A DNA stretch of 64,000 nucleotides, taken from NCBI GenBank assembly GCA_002633005.1, contig NMRA01000340.1, forward strand, positions 62,001 through 126,000, in the 5' to 3' direction. Position numbers and translations under genes: made by a program. A model generated the notes under the pieces. That model did no database searches, was not told where the DNA came from, and saw only the letters and a list, made by a program, of their open reading frames with translations. Below, piece by piece: positions 39,184 to 51,610 of this stretch (the first letter of the stretch is position 1; every line of letters begins with the position of its first letter). This DNA is from Phoronis australis. Lineage: Eukaryota > Animalia > Phoronida.

Positions 39184-40737
39184 ACACGGTGCCGCGTTCG
39201 TTAGCAGGTGCAATCAATGAATGTTCAACTGCAAATACGTCCAACGAAAAAGCTCCACTTAGAACTGAGAGAAAAGTTCATAACCTTTTCGAGGAACGCC
39301 CATTCCTCTAATACAAAGGCCGGAATCCGTCGGTTGAAAAAGGAAGCCTAATGTAGTCGAAGGAAGCGTCCGGCCCATGAGACTGGGTTGATATTTCTCG
39401 CATCACTGGGGAAAATGATTTCCTCTACCAGCCCTAAGTCATCGCTTTGCATGATCAGTTTTTGCTCAGTACGTCACGTTTAGGTGTCAGTCGTAAATGA
39501 GCGCCGCCTCAACAGTATACGAGGTTGTGCATACTAATTATAAGTCAGCCAAGTCAGTCGGGTCGCGGAAGCTTAATGTAAACACGGTGATGGTCTGCCA
39601 TTTTTGTCCCACCATTATTGGTTGCGAACGGAAGCGCTAAGATGATTTTACGATAGGTTTGGGACACTTACAATGCAGATCCACGGTATACAGAGAAGGA
39701 AATATGAAAAGTGTCTGTTATTGATAAAAATATGTGTCAGGTTTCACAATGGAATGTACGCCTGGATAAAACATAGACTATTGCCGAATATCTATGGATA
39801 AACAAGCACAAAGTGAAAGAAATTCACCAGCCTGTTTCAAAAATAGTTTTTATTTAAAACGGTCATCTATTTGCACATGATCCGTGTGCCGTGCCTACGT
39901 ACGCTTGCGTTTTTATGTCCGCAAAAGTGGCTCAATAATTAGTAAAATTTAAGTGTCTTATTCATTCCGTATACGGGTCATTGTTCGCGTTGTTCTGGTA
40001 GGTTTTACTCACAAGGGTGTGTGTGCTTGGGACAATTAATTCACATAAAGTTGGGGTTGTTCGCTCGGATACTTGTGACACAAGAGAAATAGGTTAGATT
40101 TTAATAAATTTTTATTGCCTTTCACCTATATCTACTTGCCAAAAAGATGCCTCAGAGATGTATGACTAAGCGCCCTTTGGTTTTGTCTTCTCCATTCTTC
40201 TGCTGAACTCCTGGCTAAACGCTATTCTATCAGTCCCGATACGCAATAAAATTCCTACATATAGCAGAAGTGTAGGATCCTACCTTTGGAATGATTCGTC
40301 GTGCAGTTATGAGTCATAGCCGATCTAAGAGGTTGTGTGTAGGCCTACGTGGACATGTTTCCTTCGAAGCTCAAGTTCTCCTCTTGCAACTCGACTTTCT
40401 GCATCCGCCAGTCAGACATGTTTGATACCACGTCCTCAACACCAGATTACGTACGTGTCTGTCCAAGCGTCTATTCATGCTTCTGTGCTTTAATAATTGC
40501 AAAGTCGTCTCTCAGATGCACCGACAGGGGCAAGCAAGCGGACACGGACACGGCGCTCCCATCACTTTCAAATGGATATTTGACTTTATTAGTGGGTGAA
40601 AGCTCGCTTAACAATAATACGAAAAAGTTTCACCTAAATCTACTATTCTGCATTTGTAAATGAAAAGTTTAGGCCCTATTAATACGTGTTTTTACGCAGC
40701 ATTCGAAAAACTACTCAGTATTTATTTGCGTAAATAA

Positions 40738-40825
40738 GTGTGTGTGCGTGCGTGCGTGCGTGTGTGTGTGTGTGCGTGTGTGTGAATGTGCGTGTGCGTG
40801 TTTGTATGTGTGCTTGTGTGTGTTT
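40738..40825. repeat. (GT)n/(GTGC)n microsatellite; paralogous tracts at ~26670 and ~52022
   Basis: Visible dinucleotide and tetranucleotide repeats. Confidence 0.9.
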
Positions 40826-41368
40826 CCGTTTGTGGTTGAGTGTGACCCAAATACTTTTTTGTTTATTCAATTTCTGAGCAATAATACTATCTGTAGTACT
40901 AAAATGAAAAGAGTCCAATACAATTTATATTCAAACAGGATATTCGAACAATTTTGTGCTTGGTAACGAAGGTTGACCGTTACCGTTTAAATGGCTACCA
41001 TTCCATTCTTTAAAACGGACTTGGGAGCTTATTGTGAAACTTTATGCTTGACTCCGGTTTCTTCATTCTCGAAGTTCAATTGACAACGTGTCTTCCCTAC
41101 TACTTCAGAAGTGACGGATCGAGGATACCATACGGGGGGCGAACATCCTCGGGGAATTGGTCAAAAGCTCGATTGCACGTGCACACAGGCGGCCCGAAAG
41201 ATGCGCGGGGCGAGGATATAGACCTTCTGTTCCGAAAATCTATCAGTGAGCTATCACGTTGCATTGCTGGTTCATTTTGCTTGCGGCAGTCAAGGGGAGG
41301 GAGGGGCCGGCCCCCTGGGTCCCCCTAAATCCGCCTATGTGGTGGCGACTTCATCTGTCATGGATCGG

Positions 41369-41725
41369 GGCCCGGTCTCGAATCTTTGTACTCGAAACGA
41401 ACTGGAAATTATTTTTGGCATTTTTTCTGCTCCTTTTGTGCGAATTCAAGATAAGTGGTTATGAGATGGTGCTCGAATAATTATAGTTCATGCATATGAG
41501 TTTCTAGTCCAAGTTTGCACTTATAAGCCCTCATACGCGTGCTACAAACTCGAGTAAAAACTCGAAACTTCGAGTTTAAACTCAAACTTTTCAGTCATCC
41601 ACCTAAGTCATTAATATGTATTCGAGCATTGAGTAATGGACACTTATCTTTGCTCAAAAGTAGATTACAAAATGCCAAACATTATTTCGAGTTCCATTTC
41701 TAGTAAAAAGATTCGAGACTGGGCC
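41369..41725. mobile_element. Harbinger-like MITE, family 3
   Basis: GGCCCGGTCTCGAATCTTT...AAAGATTCGAGACTGGGCC with flanks CGG/CAG. Second copy at 61238. Confidence 0.8.
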
Positions 41726-43395
41726 CAGTGCTGCTTCCTCACCACTACAAGCACGTTTCTCTTTCATCTCACACGTCGCTCTACGAGCTTTTTGAATACC
41801 TCGGAAAAAAGTAATGTTGTAATCACTTTGAAGCTTTTAAAATTTAATTTGCGCAGCACTTCTTCAACAAAGAAGAAGATGAATTTCAAAAGGTGTAATT
41901 TGTATAAACAGAAACCCCCGTGAACACTATTTTGGAAAATTTACTTGTGGCAAATTAGAGAAGGAGCAATAAAGTCCGCAGGCAGTGGCGGATTTAGGAT
42001 GTCAGAAGTTTTAGAAGGAATTGTGCTCACGTAAATTCTAAATTGGTCTTGTCCAGAAGGAATGGGCTGAGCCCTTGCCCCGCTCAGAGGGGAGAGGGGC
42101 AAACGCGAAGTTGTTTGCGACCGCTGGTGGTGGTTGGGGGAGGCGCTAAAACGAGGGGCAAACTGGGGGCACTTTGCAGTGAGCAGGGGACCAAGCGCAA
42201 AATTGAAATATTTTGACCGGGATGGGACTTTTTTGCTCTGATCGGAGGGTTTGTGGCTTTATTATGCCCCCTGTGGCTACGCCAGTACCCTCGCTTTTGT
42301 GGAGGTGGGTGTTCGCGAACATATTTTTGCGCGCAACATGACGGCGACATCCCGTTGCTCCCAACTTGTTCGATTGTATAGCCCAACAACAAGTTGGTAA
42401 GTTTACCCCCCGTAGCCAATTAACTCCATTCTGGCGTTGATGGTTGGAGGACCTGCGCTCTTTTGTTAGATAATTGCTCTAATCTCCGATCAGATCGTAC
42501 CTAGCCTGACTGGGGTGGGCTGATAAAAATGAAAGTTAAGTTAAACCAGATATTATCGCACGTTCAGCACCCCTCACGTCTGGAAAAGTTACTGAACGAC
42601 AGGACGCTGTACTGAAGCAGAGAAAACCATTTGCCGTGTCTCCTTTTTATTTTTGAGCGTCTGACGGCGCCCCCGTTCTCATGGCCCGCAGGAACAATTG
42701 TAGCTCCCACTGCACCCCTTCGCTACGCCAGTGTGTCTAAACATGCCAGTTGTGTCCTAAGCATAGATTCTCCTTATGATTGTGACAAATCAATTCTTAG
42801 AAAAACGACATACAATCACATGTTATTCAGTAAATTAATTTGTAGGCACAAAAATTGTCGTACTGGGTATTACCGTGCAAACAGGTAATCATCCGTCCCT
42901 GAGGGTCGCTTAATCGGTTCCCAAATTGGGCCGCACCTGTTGAAAACTTCTGGCTACGCTGCCAGTTGCGCATGTGCTTACATGTGTGGATAACTGTGAC
43001 CGAATATCAATAACAACACGAAACTTCTGTTCACCCCAGCTTACTGCGTTCTTAACATTGGACTTCGCCACTCAAAATTTGTTATCGTCTTTGAAGGACG
43101 TGCGTACATTTCGAATAGTCCATGTTATGAAAAAATTAGTCGTGTTGACCCTGTTGAAAGAATAATCATCTACCTGTAGGCTTATCTTACTTTAAATTTT
43201 CCATAAACTTACATTGGCAATAAATCAGCATTACTTTACAAAACATCAATATTTACGATACAGGCTTGCTCTCATGAATATTGCAGAGGAAACCTTTTTA
43301 CAAAAGCATAACAGATTTACGTCAGTTTGAGCGAGCAAACATTTTAATAATTTGAAGCCAAAGTGAATTAACTGCTTAATTTGATGTGTAGTATC

Positions 43396-43677
43396 ATGGC
43401 CGGTTGGTTGATATCGATTCTGTTACTTTCTCAGTCCCTTTGGTTCCTGGCTCGCTCAGCGATGTTTGTAGAATTTTCGACAGAAAGGACATCCAAAACT
43501 TTCAGTAACAGCTTGATGACATATACAGCCAGATCAGGAACCGAATGCTCACAGAAATGTGCTTTACAGAAAGGCTGCGTGGCTTTTCTTTATGATGTGA
43601 ATTCTGCACGTTGCTCTAACTACGAAACGGTGGAATCCATAAATCGGAATCGAGGCAGTAACATATTTGGGTGGCAG
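43396..43677 (+). CDS. PAN-FReD copy D exon 1 (signal peptide + PAN)
   Basis: 94 codons; PAN cysteine pattern; CAG|GTAAGG. Confidence 0.88.
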
Positions 43678-45115
43678 GTAAGGCACATGTTTAGATGACA
43701 GGTAATTTTTTATCCTCTTCCGTTTCTTCCCCCCCCCCCCTTCCCTTGTCACCTCCTACCTCCCAGTTGAATTATTCGTACCAGTTTAGTGTGCAACCGC
43801 TGATTGGACGAAAGCGTTATGCATTTTCTATGATACATTTACTCGACAGACTTTACATTTCACATGCGCGCACTACATCTTCTTTTGGGAGAGGGTTTGG
43901 GTTCAAAGAGAGTATCAAACGTTATCTGAACAAAAGTGTCCCACATTTCGATTATTAACAACACACTACGTCAAAGAAGGGAGGAAGAGCAGCTTCGAAA
44001 ACAGGTGGCCGGACTGCAAAACCCACTGGCCGGTGTTCTAACTTGGGGGTCGGACCTAAAACGGGTTGGCCTGGGCTCAAACACACTCATTTTGAGCAAA
44101 GCAAACAAATGGGTAGGAAAACTAAACACTAGATGTCATTTGAACCCTTCGGCCAACTAGTTATAGCACGGGCCATCGTGTTTTAGATCCAGCCAACTAG
44201 TTTTTGGGTGAGACCATCGCGTTTTGAAGGCCAGACAACACGTTTGATTACCGGCCATTTGGTTTTGCAGTCCAGCCTACTAGATTTGAAGTCCGGAAAA
44301 GTGAAGCCCGACCAGTTGTTGATTCCCCCTTCCACTTGTAAATGCAGTTTTGAAAACTTTGATGTCGAAGGTCGCATGTGAATGTTTCAATTTGTAAATT
44401 TTGTTTATAAAAATGTGACGTACAGTAGGCCCGATGTTGAAAGAGCACAATATAAAAAGCTAAACTACCTGATAGTTGTTGCCTGTTGTACTATCTGACC
44501 AGATGCAGTGGTAGAAAGGCGCAATTAATTCATGTATATACGATCGCAATCGTGATGATTTACGCCTTACAAAAATGTATTGAGTGTAATGGTATCATTA
44601 CTGCTGGTTTGTGTGTTTTTGAAGGGATAGTACGATGGAGTATTTTAAGCTGACTTTTAAAAGGAAAAAATCATCTGATGACCTGATACAAGCTCAAATG
44701 GGCTGGGATCATTTTTCCTCTGAGCGTCACCTGATGCCATATGATATGGGTAAAGATCCATCTTTATATTTCTTTCTACGGCGAGGGGAAGATTTCAAAA
44801 TGGGCCGGGTATAGACCAAAAACAATTATGCTACGTTTTGGCCTTAGATATGCCGTATAATTTTGGGGACTACGAGGTGGCAGAATCCGGTGTAGCTACA
44901 TGTATTCAAAACGAAGGGAGGGAAAGACGCAATTTTTTGACAACCAAGGGTAGTGAAATGAGTAGCAATCTAAACCCGCGACCTTATTATGAACGGGAGG
45001 AAACAAAAATAAGTTGTCTCGTTGTGATCCTCCGTGTTTCCTACTGTAGCAGTGAGCTGTACGCTCGACTAGCGTTCATACGTTAATTTTTATCTCACTG
45101 CGGATTATATGTCAG

Positions 45116-45329
45116 GGGTCTCTTCCAAGAAACTGACTTAGTTCATTTTTGACTTAAGTTTAAGATTTGTCGTAACTTCCAAACTTTGAAACTTCCACAT
45201 TCGGTAAGTTAGTCAAAATTAAGAAAACATTTATATCTTTTTCTTGAATTGGTTTTGAGACAAATTTAACTTTTATTTTAAAAGCTTTAAGATTTGTCTT
45301 AGCTAAGTCAGTTTTGTTGGAACGGGCCC
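45116..45329. mobile_element. Harbinger-like MITE in copy D intron 1
   Basis: TIRs GGGTCTCTTCCAAGAAACTGACTTAG / CTAAGTCAGTTTTGTTGGAACGGGCCC with TSD CAG. Absent in copy B. Confidence 0.8.
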
Positions 45330-45445
45330 CAGATCTGCCTTCCGATTGACCGGCATGTGATCGCTGCATAATTAATACCGAACGCTGCATTATTAATACC
45401 GAAGGGAAACGACAATGGCTAATGATTTGCATAATCATTTTACAG

Positions 45446-45470
45446 GTATTTCCGGATTGCACCGCTGCAG
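45446..45470 (+). CDS. PAN-FReD copy D micro-exon
   Basis: CAG|GTATTTCCGGATTGCACCGCTGCAG|GTATGT. Confidence 0.85.
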
Positions 45471-47863
45471 GTATGTCATCAACTTTTAAAACACAAAAGC
45501 GATATTTAACGGTTAAGGTTATGTAAGACCCCAGAGAAATTACCATATTTGGCTCACTTGAGAATATCATCTCTCAGGAATTGGTCATGGGATTCCTATG
45601 AAACATTCGTTTACTATGCTTGATGCATTGTTCAGATAATGCTGTTAGAAACTGTTTATAATGTTCCACTTTTGCATGAGGCGCTATCGAAAAAACAACA
45701 CATTTAAGATTTTCATGAATTAAATGTTGCATAAAACGAAAACAGGATATGCTAAAAAAATCAATGAATTTTGTAAGATCTCACCTTGAACATTTTCGTC
45801 AAATTTGATCATGCTTATTGATGGGCGGCTGTTTAGCTACTCAGTGAACCTTTTTGCGCAATTTTACCAAAAAAACACGTAGTCACGTCACTCAGTTTGT
45901 AACATATCCTAAAAAGCCAAGAATTAAATTTCCAGGCTTTCTAATTTCAAAACATATATACTTTTACTGAGTTATATATTTATCTTTTGTAAAATGCCCA
46001 GACTTGGGGTAGGCCACGCTTCTTGGGGACAGTTTTGAAGTAGTCGTTGCAGGTAAGCTCAGTGAATCTGGTTTGCTTGTATTTATGAACACGTTGGTGA
46101 TGGGAAAAGACCACTTGCTCGACTGTAGCTGGACTCCTCTCTAAGATGGCGGCCCTCTATTGCATTTGTGCATTGCTGGATAGCGCTGAGAAATCGGCTG
46201 CGATTTCAGGTAGCCCTCAAACAAGCCAAAATTTCAAAAAATCTAGTCGGTTTACAGTACTTTTGGACCACGTTTGTGGAATTTGTAGGAAAATTTCTTT
46301 CAGGGTCGATTGTTGGCTAATGTCGGGCATTGCCAGGGAAGTGGTGGTTTTTGGATGTAAAATTCCAATTTTGTGTTGTTTGCCTGTCTGTTTGTTCTTA
46401 GCTTATGTTGCTTTTCAATAGGAGTGAAAGGGACAAAAACTCAGACAGGTTAAAATTCCTGTTTTAATCTGTAGGGCTTGTGATCTGAAATGACTCTAAA
46501 ATTTTCGTTCCTCCATGCGGCTTTCGACAAAGTGGCCAAAAAGTGACAAATCCATTGATGTGTGGTCTGCTAAACAAAACCCAGTGAGAACTGTTCCGTG
46601 CCCCCAAAAGGAGGCGGCAACTGCAATGTTGCTGTCGGACATCCGACGATAGTAGATGTTAGAAACTCATTGTTAGCGATCCCATTAATCCCATATTCAC
46701 TGTTCTTTTTACCCCCACCTTCTTCCGCAGAGCATTCCATCTTACTGATCGCAAAAAGCCTGGGCAATTAAGTTCGTTTACACGTCAAGCCTGAATCCCG
46801 CAGGGCCAATTCCGTCATTTAATTTGCGATCCAATCATCGTGGCTGGCTCAGTTGAGTTCAAGTTGAGATGTTTGGCATGACATTGTTTCAGTTTTTCAA
46901 GGTCCCGGTTAAGTTACCCGCGGAGAGGACACAAGACTGTTGGGATCCTTGATACTCGTATGAATCAAAGATCGTAATTCTATGTGGTAAAGAACTGCAT
47001 CTTTAAAGTTGCTGCTGGACCCGAGTTTGGCGTTTGAGGCAGCAAAATTTAAATTAGATCGAAGTCTTGTTTGTTTCATGTATGTTATACGGCATGTCAT
47101 AAAACATACAAAATTTCAATTTAACTTGGCCGTCTTAATAACCAAACTCGGGTCCACTGGCAGCAGCAACCTTCAAGCTGCACTTCTTTCCTACATGCTG
47201 CCAACGTTTCTTGTGGCCCCTAAGCAGTAGGCTGTAAGGCCCTAGTATGAACGTTGTCACAATTTTCCATCCAACCAGCAACGTCGCCATCACCTATTTC
47301 AATTGAGTTCCTAGTCCGGTCGCTCCAAGTGTCATTACCAAGTGCCATTACCTCAGTCCTCCGGATTTCCTCCCCCCCCCCCTCGGCCCGGTAACAGCAA
47401 TCTCTCACACTTTTGAAGGGCAACTATGGCAGCGAGGCGAGACCACTGTGCTGTATTTATTTTGCTAAAGGGGTATCAGGAGCTGCTTGCAGCTCAAACG
47501 CCAAACAAAGAATTGTATTAGTTAATCTTATTTACAGGAGCTTGCCTTCCCTTGAAAACTCATTTGGAGTTTAGAGATAGCCTAACCTAAAGTTCTCACT
47601 CTTTTGTGATAAGGACTGGCCACTGAACACGGCTTGCGATTTTCTGAAGCGTTCAAGTATATTTGACACGTCCATCTGCATATTGTTGGCAACAATTAAA
47701 ATAAAGTAACGTTGGTAAGGAACGTTTTGGACCGATTTCATAGTAAACAATAGCTTACTTTCGCGTTTTTTCCTGACAACTTTAACAAAAGGAAACACCT
47801 TTGACTATAACTTATGCGTTTTGTCGTGATGATCTCCTGCTAACACGGATACGTTCCTTGTAG

Positions 47864-48489
47864 GTTCCAACTACAGTGGATTTCTGTTGATTAGACCACC
47901 TGGCAGTCCAGACAGTTTCTTCGTTGATTGCGAAGAAGGCTGGACAATCATTCAGCGCAGGTTCGACGGTAATATGAACTTCAATAAAACCTGGAAGGAG
48001 TACAAAAATGGTTTTGGTGAGCTGGACGGTGAAATGTGGCTCGGTAATGACAACATTCACTACATCACGCAGCAAGGTCAGGTTAGGGTACAGTACACCA
48101 TGGTGACTTGGAATGGCACCGTCATGACACGTGATCATCACTCCTTTGCTGTAGGAAATGAGGAAGACAATTACAAGCTTTCGATATCGCCAGCCGTGTT
48201 TTCCTTTTCTGGTTCTTCAATTGAGCGAGGCAACGGCATGCCCTTTACTACAGTTGATGTAGATAACGACGAAAGCCTGGACAACTGCGCAAGAAAAAAA
48301 TTGGGCGGATGGTGGTATAAGAAGTGCTCTCGCGTAGGCCTTAACTCTTTATATCCTCAGAATAATACCTGTCCAATAAGCAAGGGACGCTGCATGAAGT
48401 ACGAAACGGCAGAACGCAAAATGATTTTTCTCAAGTCTTCTGTTGTGAAATTATTCCTAGTGAATGCTAGAACGCCTGACAAAGCATAG
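47864..48489 (+). CDS. PAN-FReD copy D, FBG exon
   Basis: TAG acceptor; intact FBG motifs. Confidence 0.92.
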
Positions 48490-49124
48490 ACAAGTTGCCC
48501 CGTTCGTTTTTAGGTGCAATCAACATTCAATTGCAAATGCATGTTAAAAACTTCTGGCTACGCCGCCAGTGCGCATGTGCTTACACGGGCGGATAACTGT
48601 GACTGGACCAACAACACCACGAACCTTCTGTTCACCCCAGCTCACTGCGTTCTAAACATAGATGACTTCGTGACCGAATATGAATAACAAAAGGCTAGTG
48701 TAGGGTCACGAAGTGAATGTGTATTTATTACATGTTTTCGAATAGCCAAATGATTATTGAGATTAACTGTTCTCGTGAGACCTTGTCCTTCCATGTTCTG
48801 TTCACTCGAACCTACTTCGTAGTTACGTGCACAAATTTTTAACAGTTCGTTTTCTGAAAAAAAGGTTGTCCTTTCGGACTAAAGATAAGCCATCTACCCG
48901 TAAGCTTTCAATGTTTTATATTTTCTATACGCCCACATTGACAATGAATAATTTATCTGTCCAATTGCAGTGCACAGCGTTATAAAACAAACACTATTTA
49001 AGATACAGATCGTGCTCTCATGAATATTGCAGAGGAGACTTTTCACAAAAGCATACTAGCAGTGCGCACGAGTAATAATTTGAAGCCAAAAAGTGAACTG
49101 CTTCATTTGGAGAGGAGCTATATC

Positions 49125-49538
49125 ATGTTTGAGTGGTTGATTTCGGTGATGTTTCTTAGCAAATGCCTTTGGTTCCTTTAGCTCGCTCAGCGATGTTTGT
49201 AGAATTTTCTACAGAAAAGACATCCAAAACTTCCAGCAGCAGGTTGATGACATTTGATGTCAGATCAGAAAATGAATGCTCACAGAATTGTGCTTTACAG
49301 AAAGGCTGTGTGGCTTTTCTTTATGATGTAGACTAGGCACGTTGCTCTAACTACAACACGGTGGACTCCATAATTCGAGATCGAGGCAGTAACATATTTC
49401 ATAGGCGGCGCAGCACTAAAAAAGTGGGGGCTATACCCCCTGTCCCCCACAGACCATTGGTGGTGAAATACTGAAAAAAGTGGTGGGCTATAGCCCCCCA
49501 GCCCCCTATGGTGCGCCGCCCATATATTTGGGTGGCAG
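49125..49538 (+). pseudogene. PAN-FReD copy E: disabled exon 1, no downstream exons
   Basis: Frameshift/TAG after WFL, a second TAG (GAC TAG GCA) and a MITE insertion. No micro-exon or FBG exon follows. Confidence 0.88.
49400..49524. mobile_element. MITE (5-bp TSD class) inside copy E exon 1
   Basis: CATAGGCGGCG...CGCCGCCCATA with TSD TATTT. Confidence 0.85.
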
Positions 49539-49879
49539 GTAAGACACATGTTTAGACGACAGGTGCTGTTTTATCTCCCTCCGTCCCCCTCCCCCTAACT
49601 AACTGATGTTTGTCTTACGCAGATGAAGACCGGTAAATCTGCGGGACCGGATCGGATAAATTTGGAGTTTTATAAATTTTGTACTGCAGAGTTGAAAGTT
49701 TTATTGATTAGGTTATATAATCGCATTTTGGACAATGGCACAATCCTAGGGGTGTCATAATACCACTGTACAAAAGCGGTTCAAAAAACGACTCTAGCAA
49801 CTACAGGGTATCACTCTTTTGGATGTTTTTTTTTTTTTGGATGTTGCAGGGAAACATTTTTTCTAAAATGATGTGCAAT

Positions 49880-50700
49880 CGTCTAAACAGGTGGAAAGAA
49901 TAGAAAGAGAGACGGGTAGATTTTATTGTATCTTCGTCGATTTCAAGAAAGCCTTCGACTGGGTTTGGCGACATTGTTTGCAATATAAGTTACTGCGCTA
50001 TAATATTGCATGAAAAATGTACAGCAAATGGAATGTTAAGTGAAATGTATAAAAATGTGTGTCTTTGAACCAAGACGGAGATATTACTGATTGTTTTTAG
50101 TGGTTGTTAGGAGTTCGCCAGGGGTGTCAGCTATCTCCGTTTTTATTTTCATTGTTTATAAACGATCTTGAACATGAGTTACAAGCAAGTAACTCCACAA
50201 CAGTTGTATCAATTAACATTTTAAACATGTACTGTCTACTGTTTGTCAACGACTAAATACAGCAGTGAATTTGTAAAAATCGGTTAATAATCTTGAAATA
50301 GTTTGTAAAAAATGGAAATCTGTCATTGACGTGTCCAAAACGAAAGTAATGAGTTTTCAAAAAGGCGATTATCTGAGGAGTTTATAAATAGGAAAACATT
50401 TCAGTGGTATCTAGCTACAAATACCTTGGTATACACTTCATTGTGAAAAATGTGTGGTCAAAGACCCCAAAATGTAGCATATCAAGCATCCAAGGATTTA
50501 TTTATATTGAAGCAGCGTATGTCTCAATTTGAATAGGTATCGGTCATCACCGGGCTGCATATTTTTGATTGTAAATTAAACCAGTATTATAATATGGTGC
50601 GGAGATATAGGTTTTTCATCCCACAGCGGATGCAGAAATCTTACACAATAAGTTTTGTAAATTTTTATTGGGTCTTGAGCAAATTGCCCCAAACCTAAGC
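49880..50700 (+). mobile_element. Degenerate LINE RT fragment (RTE-X-like)
   Basis: FYCIFVDFKKAFDWV, GVRQGCQLSPFLFSLFINDL, YKYLGI; many stops. Confidence 0.8.
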
Positions 50701-51176
50701 AACTGAATTTAGACATAGCCGGACAGCAGTGGCAGGAGAAATTGTTAGATGTTACTAACTTACATATCATATAAACAACATCTTAAAAGAAGGTTGTCAA
50801 TTGGGCCAGTCTAGAACACAATCGTAAAATATCACTAATTTATGAAAAGGGCCAAATCGTGTTCTTCAATTTGCCGGCCATTTTGTTATTGCAATACCAG
50901 AAATAAAAATGATCTTTAAAATTTGATATCAATAAATTTTGTTTGTCAAAAAATATGACGTAAGAATGGTGTTGAAAGAGCACAATTTGGGAAAATATGT
51001 TTTATGATGTTACTTTGCCGAAAGAATAGAGAGGTTTCGCAAAGCAACGTGAACGTGAATTATGATGCACGTGCCGATTCACGTTACAGTGACAAAAATG
51101 GGTTTCGCAACAGCTAAAATTTTTACGCGAACGTGAAAGTAAACGTGAACTGAATAACTGCGCTCAGAGTGTCCTG

Positions 51177-51610
51177 TGGCCGGTTGCATGAAACAGTCCC
51201 AAGTAGGGACTCAACTAAGGTCCCTAAGACTTTTTGCGCATTTGTGACTTTATGAATTCACAGATGCAATATTTTTCTATCATTTCATCCTTATTATGAG
51301 CTCCTCTTTGATTAATGAAATCTTCTAGTAATATAATTAAAACTGAGCCCAAGGTTCATTGAAAGTGAATAGGGCCTCAGTCCTTAAATTGGGGGTGCTG
51401 CATGAAAAGATCCCTAATTATTTTCGATAATATTGACAATTCAACGTAGAGTTCACCATCGATTTGTATCAAAGTCAACAGTTGTCTTAGTAATGAAACT
51501 AAAACAATACAAGAAAGGTCAATCGATGTTTTCACTAGTTCAAACAATACACAGTAGATTTAGGTAACTTAGTTGAGTCCCTGTTTGGGACTGTTTCATG
51601 CAACCGGGCA
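51177..51610. mobile_element. Harbinger-like MITE
   Basis: ~44-bp TIRs (CCGGTTGCATGAAACAGTCCCAA.AGGGACTCAACTAAG) with flanks CTG/CAG. Confidence 0.85.

Noticed and set aside
15580-48141. Recurrent minus-strand ORFs (...LLRDVVNVVITEPHFTV...) in each array unit
   Set aside because: They are antisense shadows of the conserved FBG exons.
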